NCBI GenBank assembly: GCA_964495695.1
Contig: CAZBWR010000007.1
Coordinates: 6,149 to 70,148 of the forward strand
Direction: 5' to 3'
DNA length: 64,000 nucleotides
Origin: an uncultured Chitinophagales bacterium
GTDB taxonomy: Bacteria > Bacteroidota > Ignavibacteria > UBA10030 > UBA6906
The notes under the pieces are model-generated. The model saw only the letters and a program-made list of their open reading frames with translations. It was not told the origin of the DNA and searched no databases. Shown here in pieces: positions 47,901 to 56,288 of this stretch. Position numbers and translations under genes: made by a program. Within the stretch, counting starts at the first letter, position 1, and each line of letters opens with the position of its first letter.

Positions 47901-48685
47901 CCGTTCGGAGCATTCCACATATAGAACGGGCCGTAGTTTCGATTCAGGTCCACGCCGAAGGAACCACCCGTGTTCGGCCTCCGGTTCTTGCGCCACATGC
48001 CTCCTCCGGAGGGACTGCTCTGCCTGTTATAGTCGTACCCATCGGGGTTCACCACCGGGATGAAGTACATCTGCCGGTTGTCAACAAGATATGTTGCCTC
48101 GGGATGAGTGCCGTAGTTCTGCAGCAACCACCACATGTAATACAGCACCGACATCATGCCTTGAGGCTCACGTGCATGGTGAAGAGAAGTGTAGAGAACC
48201 TCCGGCTTTCCATCACTGCGGAAGCTGCCTATCCTCATGGCGTAGACCGGCCTGTTCTGCTCCGTCCGTCCGATGGAATCCTTACCCGTAATGAGCGAAG
48301 GATACTGCAAACGCATCGAGTCAAGTTGTTGAATTACTTCCGCAAGAGTGTAGAAGCCCCCCATGCTGCCGTACCCGAAGCCCTCTGGTCCTTGTCCGGC
48401 GCCCGTATTCTGTGAGAGGTAGTGATCGGTCAAATCATGGATGATGACTTGGTACTGAATGCCGAGCTGACGAAGCATCTGCAAATCGAAATCTGATGCG
48501 ACGAATTCCATCGCTCCGCCTATTTTCCCCGATACTCCTTCGGGATCAAGACCGGCATCGAGGATCTTCTCGAGCATGGTTGCATCCGGGACGGTGATGC
48601 GAACCTGCTTATAGCTGTCATGGGCGTATGAAAATGTGCTGATAGCCACGAGGCCGATCAGCCAGGCGCGACGGATAATGCGCAT
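44933..48685 (-). CDS. M14 family zinc carboxypeptidase, multidomain, with T9SS type-A C-terminal sorting domain
   Basis: 1250 aa with a signal peptide. The M14 boxes HHAREPQG and HTYSNLLIYPFG are present. The C-terminus is YQNYPNPFNPETRISFDLPE...GVYLYTL...FVLLK. Confidence 0.9.
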   Translation of the reverse strand: MRIIRRAWLIGLVAISTFSYAHDSYKQVRITVPDATMLEKILDAGLDPEGVSGKIGGAMEFVASDFDLQMLRQLGIQYQVIIHDLTDHYLSQNTGAGQGPEGFGYGSMGGFYTLAEVIQQLDSMRLQYPSLITGKDSIGRTEQNRPVYAMRIGSFRSDGKPEVLYTSLHHAREPQGMMSVLYYMWWLLQNYGTHPEATYLVDNRQMYFIPVVNPDGYDYNRQSSPSGGGMWRKNRRPNTGGSFGVDLNRNYGPFYMWNAPNGGSSTSPSSDTYRGTEPFSEPETRAVDAFMRSRNIRTCFNYHTYSNLLIYPFGYLSRESTDSLLYREWAFDMTGENRYTSGTDQQTVNYSTRGNSDDYMYGDSTKYRTYAMTPEVGSTGFWPSRQEIFPLAIENVHPNKLLAYYAGHYVTVTGSSLQDGNNDGYLNRGDSFSLTVRMRNKGVGGGNAIAVQALSSVSSIQFTGQVIQSVSVAPRQEFTLAFTGTVAPNSREGIPVQFLIRVSDSDGFERTDTLSYFIGTPEVLLSDNAGNGTGRWNTGTGWGLTTNAYSAPYAFTDSPSGNYSANANNSLTLNSQLNLAGYDFAELRYFTKWALEPTWDFATVEVSTNNGTTWSSLRSQLSRQGSARSGSAQPAGSWGYDGFTPGLAWIEQNIDLSNYVNRNIRLRFRVAADGGDQRDGFYVDDIRVMAYSTSDPPVLDTSIVVTPSALVFSGQTGSVFADSIRIRNRTASAITITLSDSLTTSAERPASKILGGGNLSIASLIQKLRPAFAAANIDGEALRARYAERSDNPEVYTTVITDERGENGAGSADVYRVRYQFRTSVLGSFHDFQVVMADIPDTNVLVAISLDTDQDFATGAFPTPLGIGPTTRDIGSEREILLDGSGLLADSLLGIGRIPAGAVIDATVDTLRILGTPFLLTIRRDSVLTISTESILGGVNANTINDPDGKMNLGASAIRLSPGANPLPDFAPAIGHGNIGGETGVSWLSQIPRSIVVPANDSVNVAVRALAAKTAGTYRGAVLLKSPGRQTQMVPVTMSVSNPAAPIIQVTPVLLSDTLVVGDSSSHFITIRNLGAGTLNFAAVDSARNTWLSLAPIAGVVDPGLSSILTLRLNSTGLRTDTTYRAQIAILNNDPVSNLVPVGVNLHVRRVTSVHSEGELPSAFRLYQNYPNPFNPETRISFDLPETTPVSLRIFSILGQEIATVLNGTLEAGQHSVVVGKERHNLASGVYLYTLHAGQFIATRKFVLLK

Positions 48686-48868
48686 AGTGATTAAACTCCA
48701 AAGGACGTGGACGAGGGAGATCGTGTGCGTGGGATTGTGATGGAAAATAGCTATTCATTGGTAGATTCACAAGGCTATTGTCATTGATTCTCACATGTAC
48801 TTTCGGTATTTTTGACGCAGCCAACAGATACAACCGACCGCCTAAATCATCTTCAAAAAGGTGTACGA

Positions 48869-49438
48869 ATGAACATCAAGAGTGCGTTACCGAAGTCTGC
48901 CGTCTTCTCCTCCAATGCCGTTCTGACGCAATTCCTCTGGATAGTAGGGTTCGCAGCAGCGACCACAATCGGGGCACGCGTTGAAATTCCCAACTATCCT
49001 GTACCATTCACTTTGCAGACTTTCTTCGTATTGCTGGCCGGCGCCATGCTCGGAGCCCGCAACGGCGCTCTTAGTCAAATGCTCTACCTCGCTGTCGGCG
49101 TGCTTGGACTACCGGTGTTTTCGGCAGGTGGATTCGGTTTGGTTAAGCTCTTCGGACCGACGGGCGGGTATCTTCTGGCGTTTCCTGTGGTAGCTGCCGT
49201 TGTTGGTTTGTTGACAGATCGTTTCCGGTCATATCCGGGAATCCTGTTATCAATGTTTGCAGCGTTACTTCTCCTTTTCATGAGCGGGACTCTCCATCTC
49301 TATGCCTTCTACATTAAGGATTTTGCGCAAGCTTTCACAGCAGGCTTCCTCATTTTTTCGTGGTGGGACATTGTGAAGCTTGTTGCGGCGGCAACAATAT
49401 ATTTTGAGATTGCAAAGCGTTGGCCCCGGTTGTCATGA
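48869..49438 (+). CDS. bioY: biotin transporter BioY
   Basis: PVPFTLQTFFVLLAGAMLG and PTGGYLLAFP are present. The ORF-track start is 48812, and ATG 48869 (MNIKSALP) is the more likely start. Confidence 0.85.
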   Translation: MNIKSALPKSAVFSSNAVLTQFLWIVGFAAATTIGARVEIPNYPVPFTLQTFFVLLAGAMLGARNGALSQMLYLAVGVLGLPVFSAGGFGLVKLFGPTGGYLLAFPVVAAVVGLLTDRFRSYPGILLSMFAALLLLFMSGTLHLYAFYIKDFAQAFTAGFLIFSWWDIVKLVAAATIYFEIAKRWPRLS

Positions 49439-49454
49439 TGCAGCCTTGAGAGCA

Positions 49455-49482
49455 AAAAAAGCCGGCGAGAGCCGGCTTTTTT
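49455..49482. terminator. bidirectional Rho-independent terminator
   Basis: AAAAAAGCCGGC-gaga-GCCGGCTTTTTT lies between the convergent bioY (+) and acr3 (-). Confidence 0.85.
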
Positions 49483-49530
49483 GTTTGATGTTTGATATGT
49501 AGCTGATCCTCGTCATGATCATGCAGCAAA

Positions 49531-50610
49531 TCATCTTTCGACGGTGGTGTTTGGTCCGGCTTCGAACCAATGTTTCGTACGGTTACAGACCGAACAGACT
49601 GAAAGCATCACCGGAACCTCGACCAGCACCCCTACGACAGTCGCCAGGGCCGCTCCCGAGCTTGGCCCGAATAGGGCAATGGCAGTAGCTACAGCAAGTT
49701 CAAAAAAGTTGCTGGCACCGATAAGCGCTCCCGGAGCGGCAACGTTGTGCGGAACGTTGAGCCACTTCATCAGTCCGTAAGTCAATGAAGAATTAAAGTA
49801 CACTTGAATGAGTATCGGAATTGCGATGAGAACAACATGGAAGAAGCGTCCGGTGAGATTATCCGCCTGAAATGCGAATATCAGAGTAAGCGTTGCAAGC
49901 AAGGCGAGAATCGTGACCGGATGGAAGAACTTGACATACCGCTGCTCGAACCAATCATTCCCACGCATCCGTATGAGTGCGGTCCTGCTAAGGCTTCCCA
50001 GTGCGAGCGGGATGACGATAAAAACAAGTACGGAGTATAGCAACACATCAAAAGGCACAATGAGATTACTTGCTCCGCTCACCAACAGTGTGACAATAGG
50101 GGCGAACAACACCAGCATGATAAGATCGTTCACCGATACCTGCACAAGCGTATATGCAGGGTCACCGTCTGTCAGGTACGACCAGACGAACACCATCGCC
50201 GTACAGGGTGCCGCCGCAAGGATAATCACGCCTGCTATATACTGGTCGGCGAGTTCTTCGCCGATGACAGGCAGAAACAGGTACTTGAAGAATACCCATC
50301 CGAACAATGCCATCGAGAACGGCTTCACCAGCCAGTTCACAAAAAGAGTGATGAGTAAACCTGTCGGCCTCTTGCGGACACCAAGGACACTCGAAAAATC
50401 GATTTTGAGCATCATCGGATAGATCATGAGCCAAATAAGCACTGCAATCGGGATGTTAATCTGGCTTCCTTGGCCAAATTCCAATGTGCGTAAAGCCTCG
50501 GTCATGCCGGGGAAGATCTTGCCAAGGGCGACACCTGCCACCATGCAGATCACGACCCAGAGAGTCAGGTAGCGCTCAAAAGGAGACAGGCGCTTTTCGG
50601 ATTGTTCCAT
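49531..50610 (-). CDS. acr3: ACR3 family arsenite efflux transporter
   Basis: 359 aa and polytopic. The N-terminal LSPFERYLTLWVVICMVAGVALG and the AAAPCTAMV context are present. Confidence 0.9.
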   Translation of the reverse strand: MEQSEKRLSPFERYLTLWVVICMVAGVALGKIFPGMTEALRTLEFGQGSQINIPIAVLIWLMIYPMMLKIDFSSVLGVRKRPTGLLITLFVNWLVKPFSMALFGWVFFKYLFLPVIGEELADQYIAGVIILAAAPCTAMVFVWSYLTDGDPAYTLVQVSVNDLIMLVLFAPIVTLLVSGASNLIVPFDVLLYSVLVFIVIPLALGSLSRTALIRMRGNDWFEQRYVKFFHPVTILALLATLTLIFAFQADNLTGRFFHVVLIAIPILIQVYFNSSLTYGLMKWLNVPHNVAAPGALIGASNFFELAVATAIALFGPSSGAALATVVGVLVEVPVMLSVCSVCNRTKHWFEAGPNTTVER

Positions 50611-50639
50611 TGTGCGTTGTGGTGGATGTTGGAGGGTAG

Positions 50640-51062
50640 TCAGGGTTTAATCTCTGATCTGTAGAACTCGAAAAACCGCTGTCTGATCTCATCCCTGACC
50701 CGCCTGAATACCTGCATTACTTCCTCTTCACTTCCTGTTGCCTCAGCCGGGTCGTCAAACCCGATGTGTTCGCGGTGTCGTACAGTTCCGGAAAACACTG
50801 GGCAGGTCTCTTTGGCATGATCACAAACAGTAATGACGAAGTCGAATGGTTCGTCAATGTACCGGTCGACATTTTTTGGAAAGGCATTTGAGAGATCTAT
50901 CCCTGCCTCATTCATTACAAGGACAGCTTTCGGGTGTACACGTGTCGCTGGATGCGTTCCTGCGGAGTGTACGTCCAGTGCGGGGTCGAATGACCGAAGA
51001 AACCCTTCCGCCATCTGGCTGCGGCATGAATTGCCTGTGCATAGAATCAGAATACGTGTCAT
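50640..51062 (-). CDS. arsC: arsenate reductase, LMW-PTP / thioredoxin-coupled type
   Basis: The P-loop is ILCTGNSCRSQMAEG. The downstream Cys pair is VCDHAKETCP. Confidence 0.9.
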   Translation of the reverse strand: MTRILILCTGNSCRSQMAEGFLRSFDPALDVHSAGTHPATRVHPKAVLVMNEAGIDLSNAFPKNVDRYIDEPFDFVITVCDHAKETCPVFSGTVRHREHIGFDDPAEATGSEEEVMQVFRRVRDEIRQRFFEFYRSEIKP

Positions 51063-51358
51063 AAGTTTCTTTCCTCCTCACAATGGTCTGCAAGAATGTA
51101 ATCGACTGCATGATCTATGCACTGTTCGGCCTCGCGGATGTCGAGCGAAGAACTACTTCGCCCGTGGACTTCGAGCTTCATTCCTCCAGGAATTGCTGAC
51201 GTCTGGAGTGACTCAAGCGTAGTGTATTTGTCGGGCCCGCATTCATGGCGTACATCGCCATGATATGCCTCACATCCGAATGTCCGAAAGCCTGATGTAT
51301 CAAATCCTGTCAACTCAATTTCAATTCTGTTCTGGTGCCTGGTGATAGTGTGTTTCAT
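51059..51358 (-). CDS. hypothetical small Cys/His-containing protein inside the ars operon
   Basis: 99 aa with Cys29, Cys40, Cys80 and Cys93. Its stop overlaps the arsC ATG (ATGA), and its start overlaps the arsN2 3' end by 38 nt. I recognise no family. Confidence 0.5.
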   Translation of the reverse strand: MKHTITRHQNRIEIELTGFDTSGFRTFGCEAYHGDVRHECGPDKYTTLESLQTSAIPGGMKLEVHGRSSSSLDIREAEQCIDHAVDYILADHCEEERNL

Positions 51359-51803
51359 TGTTTACCCTGAGAATAAGTTCCATACAAACAGCCTGACTCG
51401 GACAGGCTCCTGTAAACTCCACGGATTGAGTAATTTTGCCGGTAACAGAGTTTTTGTCTATGCTCTGAAAGCCCTTTCTTGCAAAGTACTTTTCAGCAGT
51501 CGTTGTCAGAAGGATCAATCGATCGAGATTAAGCCGCTTTGCCTCTTGGATTAAGGCATCGAATAACTTCGTGCCGATGCCTGTGTTGTGCATAGCTTTC
51601 GCGACAACCGCCGAACGGAGCAGACCAGTACTATCATACATCTCAAGGCCGATCGCTCCGATTACATCGCCGTCAAGATCGGCGACAAGGTAGTTGCCGA
51701 AATGTTGCCCTACTCCTGCAGTCGGCAGGGAGGAGGACTCAAGCAATCTTTCCACGGCAGCAAGATCGCTCTCTCGTGTTTTGCGGATGTGGACGCGGTT
51801 CAT
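51321..51803 (-). CDS. arsN2: GNAT N-acetyltransferase, ArsN2-like
   Basis: 160 aa with LLRSAVVAKAMHNTGIGTKLFDALIQEAKRL...LLTTTAEKYFARKGF and the C-terminal EFTGACPSQAVCM typical of ArsN2/ArgA-like acetyltransferases. The ars operon context supports the call. Confidence 0.7.
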   Translation of the reverse strand: MNRVHIRKTRESDLAAVERLLESSSLPTAGVGQHFGNYLVADLDGDVIGAIGLEMYDSTGLLRSAVVAKAMHNTGIGTKLFDALIQEAKRLNLDRLILLTTTAEKYFARKGFQSIDKNSVTGKITQSVEFTGACPSQAVCMELILRVNNETHYHQAPEQN

Positions 51804-52558
51804 TTTACAGCCGTAACCGTAACACTGACCAACCCGAATGGAACATCCTCTTCAAGTGTGTACTTCTTTTCGTTTGCGATGGTGACATTCTTGAAGCCCG
51901 CCTCTCTTATGATTCCAAGATATTCCTCTTTGTCCAGTGCCCCGGCGACACAACCGGCCCACAGTTCAAGATTTTTCCTGGTGTCTGCAGGAATTTGCCC
52001 GATTGATACGATATCGGAGATTGTGAACGTTCCCCCCGGCTTCAACACACGATAGATTTCGCTAAACGCCCTCCGCTTGTCAGGAACAAGGTTGATCACG
52101 CAGTTGCTAATGATCATGTCGATACTGGAAGATTCGATCGGCATGTCCTCGATCTCGCCTTTGTGAAATTCGGCATTTTCTATTCCAAGCTTGATTTTGT
52201 TCTTACGGGCGAGCTTCAACATCTCATCCGTCATATCGAGGCCAATAGCTTTCCCGGTTGGTCCGACCTTCTTTGCCGCCAGAAACACATCAATGCCTCC
52301 TCCCGAGCCGAGATCAAGCACAGTCATACCTTCCCGCATATCGGCGAATGCTGTCGGCGTGCCACATCCGAGGCCGAGGTCAGCGGCATCGACGATCTGC
52401 TGGTCTACATTAGTGTACTTGTCGTTCATCATGATTGACAACACCTCTTCGTTGTCCGGAGCGCAGCCGCAATTTGGTCCGCAGCATGAGCTGCTGGACG
52501 CGGCGATCTGTCCGTATTTTTCCCTGACGGTTTCCTTGACATCGGTAGTATGGATCAT
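51800..52558 (-). CDS. arsM: arsenite S-adenosylmethionine methyltransferase
   Basis: The N-terminal Cys cluster [18 protein letters not shown], the SAM motif [20 protein letters not shown] and WAGCVAGAL are present. Confidence 0.9.
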   Translation of the reverse strand: MIHTTDVKETVREKYGQIAASSSSCCGPNCGCAPDNEEVLSIMMNDKYTNVDQQIVDAADLGLGCGTPTAFADMREGMTVLDLGSGGGIDVFLAAKKVGPTGKAIGLDMTDEMLKLARKNKIKLGIENAEFHKGEIEDMPIESSSIDMIISNCVINLVPDKRRAFSEIYRVLKPGGTFTISDIVSIGQIPADTRKNLELWAGCVAGALDKEEYLGIIREAGFKNVTIANEKKYTLEEDVPFGLVSVTVTAVK

Positions 52559-52572
52559 GGTACTTCTCCTTG

Positions 52573-52971
52573 TTATGATGGGTGCAACTCAAACACTGCA
52601 GGTTTGCTTTCGGGTTTAATAACCGAAAACGTCGTACAGCAACCTGTGTTAATGGATTTATTCAGTTCCTTGGCATCATGAAGCGCCGCAGGGTTTTCCT
52701 GCAAGAGATTTCTCAGGCAGTCCAGCAGCATCTGATGTTCTGCGTTGCGGGGCTTCGCCATTGAATAGAGCATCCACAGCCCTTGCTGGCGTGCGTTTAC
52801 CAGTCCCGCTTTGCGCAGATACGAAAGGTCTCTGGATGTTTTTGTCTGCGTGAAACCCGTAATTGACTCGATATCACACACACAAATCTCGCCGCTTCGG
52901 ATAACCAGATTGAGGATTCTCAACCTTGCTTCGTCTGAGAGCGCTTTGAAGATGTTTGCAAGTTTTTTCAT
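52573..52971 (-). CDS. arsR: ArsR/SmtB family metalloregulator
   Basis: [16 protein letters not shown] and the metal-site context GEICVCDI are present. It is the first gene of the ars operon. Confidence 0.9.
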   Translation of the reverse strand: MKKLANIFKALSDEARLRILNLVIRSGEICVCDIESITGFTQTKTSRDLSYLRKAGLVNARQQGLWMLYSMAKPRNAEHQMLLDCLRNLLQENPAALHDAKELNKSINTGCCTTFSVIKPESKPAVFELHPS

Positions 52972-52980
52972 AGTCCGCCT

Positions 52981-53035
52981 TATATTCGGATAAACGAATA
53001 TAAAGTTTCACAATATATTTGTCAAGGCGAATATA
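52981..53035. promoter_or_regulatory. putative ArsR operator: palindrome plus a third half-site
   Basis: TATATTCG (52981-52988) - 6 nt - CGAATATA (52995-53002) is a perfect inverted repeat starting 10 nt upstream of the arsR ATG. A further CGAATATA lies at 53028-53035. Confidence 0.55.
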
Positions 53036-53241
53036 ATTTTTCTCTGAGAATCACTTAAAGCAGTCCGGAATTAAGGATTATATCTTTGCAAAGGGGGAAT
53101 TGGGTAGGCGGAGGCGCTGCAAGCTTTAAGCCGTCAGGGTGTGTTATCAGAGGGCTCTGATGAAGTTGAACGAATTGCCGTGACGATCAAGTTGATGGGC
53201 GAATGATTGCCACTCGCGTCTAACCCTGAGAATTCAGCCGG

Positions 53242-53925
53242 TTATGATTGGTACTTCTCGAATGCCAGATTCGCTTGCCAGCGGTGGAACAATTCCGCCG
53301 TCGCTTTCACGTCTCCTATGCAATACTCAGCGATTTCACGAAAGCGCCCTTCGCTGAACAGCGGCGCCAGGTCGAGACCAGTGATTCCTTCCATCTTCGG
53401 ACTTGCGATGCCAAACGCCTTGCAATAGAAATCCAGATTGAACTTCCGGAAGGAATTGTAGAACGAAAGCTGGTCCAGCAGGTCACAATGCTCTTGATGA
53501 CTGTAGCGATAGGGGAGGAGGTTGCGTGTGGGCTTGATGTTGTGAATGGCTGAGCGGAGAAGAAGGAAGGGACAGTCGAAACCCCGGCCGTTGAATGTGA
53601 TAAACTGATTGTAGTGTGAGATGGCATCCCAGAACCCACGAAGCATCTCTTCCTCAGTGGCGGAAACGAATTCAATGAGCCCATCCTCGGATTTATATGC
53701 TTCCTGAGTTTGCGAGCGGAACCAGACTTTTCCGTGCTGCGAATCCGGGTTTAGCATACCGATTGCAATCACGTGACCGGTGAGCGGAGTAAGCGCCAGC
53801 TTCTGAACGACCTCCGTCCGCTCCTCCTCCGTTCTTGCAAACTTCATCAGGTATTCCTGCTGCTTCTCGTCGAAGCTGTCAAATGGATAGCCGAGCGTTT
53901 CAATGTCGAAGACTACTCTGTTCAT
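53242..53925 (-). CDS. RNase H-fold 3'-5' exonuclease (PolB-exonuclease-like family)
   Basis: The Exo motifs VVFDIETLG, ITFNGRGFDCPFL, HCDLLD and YCIGDVKAT are present. It overlaps recX by 4 nt. Confidence 0.7.
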   Translation of the reverse strand: MNRVVFDIETLGYPFDSFDEKQQEYLMKFARTEEERTEVVQKLALTPLTGHVIAIGMLNPDSQHGKVWFRSQTQEAYKSEDGLIEFVSATEEEMLRGFWDAISHYNQFITFNGRGFDCPFLLLRSAIHNIKPTRNLLPYRYSHQEHCDLLDQLSFYNSFRKFNLDFYCKAFGIASPKMEGITGLDLAPLFSEGRFREIAEYCIGDVKATAELFHRWQANLAFEKYQS

Positions 53926-54569
53926 TCGTCATCCGCTTTCTCCCCCGGGATCCCTTTAGTGACGTTTGAAATGACGTCCCACGTAAACCCGCGCCGGCCG
54001 AGGAAAGCCGCCAGCTTCTGCTTCAGTTGTTTCGGGTCCATGCGTGACGCCGAGGATTTCTTCAAGAACTTATCGGCTGCCATCCGGGCGGCATCTTCCT
54101 GGCTCGTCTCTTCAAACGCATCGGAGAGAGCTTCTTCGATGACGTTTTTCTGAACGCCAAGCAGAAGTAATTGCCGCGTCAGCGCCAGCTTCCCCTTCGG
54201 ACGGATTGCAAGTTGATGCCGGATATACGACCGCGCAAAAGCAGCATCATCGAGGAGACCGAGGGAACGCAAATCATCAAGGGTTTTGCTGATTTCCTCG
54301 TCTCCAAACTCCTTCTCGCGAAGCTTGTCCCGCACTTCACGCTCTGAGCGCGCCCTGTGCGAGAGGAACCGTAGTGCGGTGTTCTTTGCGCTGCTGAGTT
54401 CCTCACTTGCAGTTAGTGCCTTGAGCTTCTCGACACCGATTTCATCACCTGTCCTCAGTCCGAACCGCAGCAATGTTTCGGCGCTGATGCCGAGAGCAAA
54501 TTCCCCGTCGATGTAAATGTTCTTGCGGGACGGGTTCTTTTTCTGACTCTCGATCTTGGTGATGCGCAT
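53922..54569 (-). CDS. recX: recombination regulator RecX
   Basis: IYIDGEFALGISAETLLRFGLRTGDEI and repeated three-helix modules are present. It lies immediately downstream of recA. Confidence 0.85.
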   Translation of the reverse strand: MRITKIESQKKNPSRKNIYIDGEFALGISAETLLRFGLRTGDEIGVEKLKALTASEELSSAKNTALRFLSHRARSEREVRDKLREKEFGDEEISKTLDDLRSLGLLDDAAFARSYIRHQLAIRPKGKLALTRQLLLLGVQKNVIEEALSDAFEETSQEDAARMAADKFLKKSSASRMDPKQLKQKLAAFLGRRGFTWDVISNVTKGIPGEKADDE

Positions 54570-54572
54570 TCT

Positions 54573-55676
54573 CTACTTCTTCTTTGCCGGCTCCGCGCTC
54601 TTGCTTGCCGCTGCGACGGTTTTAGCCGCGGTTTTCTCCGCTCCGTTGTCGCCGTTTGTTGAAGCAGCTCCGGCTCCATGTCCAAGCCCGAGTTTCTTGC
54701 GCAAATCTGAGTCGATTTCTTTAGCAATCTGTGCGTTCTCGATCAGATATTTTTTCACAGAGTCACGCCCCTGTCCTATACGCTCATCCTTGTACGAAAA
54801 CCAGGAACCCGACTTGGCAATCAGGTTGTGCTCTACGGCGACGTCGATGAGATCGCCGAGGCGGGATATTCCTTCGTTATACAGAATGTCGAACTGTGCT
54901 TCCCGGAACGGCGGCGCAACTTTGTTTTTCACGACTTTGACCCGTGTTCGGTTGCCCACGATCGTTGTCCCGTCTTTGATTGCTTCGATGCGGCGAACGT
55001 CCATGCGGACGGACGCGTAGAACTTGAGGGCATTGCCTCCGGTGGTTGTTTCCGGGTTGCCGAACATGACGCCGATCTTCATGCGCAACTGGTTGGTGAA
55101 GATGACGCTTGTCTTAGACTTGCTGATCGCTGACGTAAGTTTGCGCAGAGCCTGCGACATAAGGCGGGCTTGCACGCCCATGCTCGGATCACCCATCTCT
55201 CCTTCGATTTCTGCACGCGGTGTCAGGGCGGCGACGGAGTCGATCACGATCACATCAAGAGCGTTGCTCCGGACAAGTGTCTCGGTTATCTCCAGACCTT
55301 GCTCGCCAAATTCCGGTTGGGAGAGAAGCAGGTTGTTGACATCGAGGCCCAACTTCTTTGCGTAGCTGACGTCAAGCGCATGCTCGGCGTCGATAAAGGC
55401 GCAAATGCCGCCGTTCTTCTGTGCTTCCGCCACGATGTGCAAGCAAAGGGTGGTTTTACCGGATGATTCAGGGCCGAAGACCTCGATGACGCGACCACGC
55501 GGCACCCCGCCGATTCCGAGTGCTGCGTCGAGAGAAATTGAGCCGGTCGAGATTACATCAATTTGTTGAATAGGGCCTTCGCCCAATCGCATCACCGAGC
55601 CCTTGCCGTGCTGCTTCTCGATCTGGTCGATCGCTATCTTCAATGCCTGAACACGGGATTCTCTTTCTTCTGCCAT
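54573..55676 (-). CDS. recA: recombinase RecA
   Basis: Walker A is [40 protein letters not shown] and [28 protein letters not shown]-like blocks are also present. Confidence 0.97.
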   Translation of the reverse strand: MAEERESRVQALKIAIDQIEKQHGKGSVMRLGEGPIQQIDVISTGSISLDAALGIGGVPRGRVIEVFGPESSGKTTLCLHIVAEAQKNGGICAFIDAEHALDVSYAKKLGLDVNNLLLSQPEFGEQGLEITETLVRSNALDVIVIDSVAALTPRAEIEGEMGDPSMGVQARLMSQALRKLTSAISKSKTSVIFTNQLRMKIGVMFGNPETTTGGNALKFYASVRMDVRRIEAIKDGTTIVGNRTRVKVVKNKVAPPFREAQFDILYNEGISRLGDLIDVAVEHNLIAKSGSWFSYKDERIGQGRDSVKKYLIENAQIAKEIDSDLRKKLGLGHGAGAASTNGDNGAEKTAAKTVAAASKSAEPAKKK

Positions 55677-55700
55677 AATAGTTCTCCTTCGGGGATGAAT

Positions 55701-56288
55701 TTACGTTTCGTTAGATTTCTTTTCGGAAAGTGGGATGCTGTGTAGCACCGAATACTCTGAACCGCCCGGCCTCAATTCGCTCTTGACGAGGACAATTTGC
55801 GAAACCTCTGTTGGTTGGCTCCTGAAAGTACGCGATTCCATCGTGCGAAGCAAGTGAGCAACATTCCTTTTTCCCTTGACCCTCGCGATAGTCACGTGAG
55901 GGTGGAAGGCTTTGTTCTCCGGCTCAAATCCTGCTTGTTTCATCAACGCGTCGACCTTCGCCGCCAACGTCTCTAGTGTGCCTGAAGGTGCATCGGCTCC
56001 AATCCACAGTACTCGAGGCTCGCGCTTATTTGGGAAACAACCCGTTGAGGAAAACACGATCGAAAAAGGGTTGATGCCGTACGCAGCATCCTGCAACAAG
56101 CGGACGATGTCAGCGATTTGCGATTCTGCAGTCTCGCCCAGGAACCTGAGGGTGATATGGAGCTTTCGGACGGGTTCCCAGCGGACCTCAGCATCGATCG
56201 AGCGGAACTCCCGCAAAAACGAGTCAATTTCCTCTCTGACCGAGCGTGGGATCTCGATTGCAACAAACGTGCGAAGGGCTTTTGTCAT
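55701..56288 (-). CDS. thpR: RNA 2',3'-cyclic phosphodiesterase (2H family, ThpR/LigT)
   Basis: Two HxT/S motifs are present: HITLRFLG and HVTIARV. Confidence 0.85.
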   Translation of the reverse strand: MTKALRTFVAIEIPRSVREEIDSFLREFRSIDAEVRWEPVRKLHITLRFLGETAESQIADIVRLLQDAAYGINPFSIVFSSTGCFPNKREPRVLWIGADAPSGTLETLAAKVDALMKQAGFEPENKAFHPHVTIARVKGKRNVAHLLRTMESRTFRSQPTEVSQIVLVKSELRPGGSEYSVLHSIPLSEKKSNET

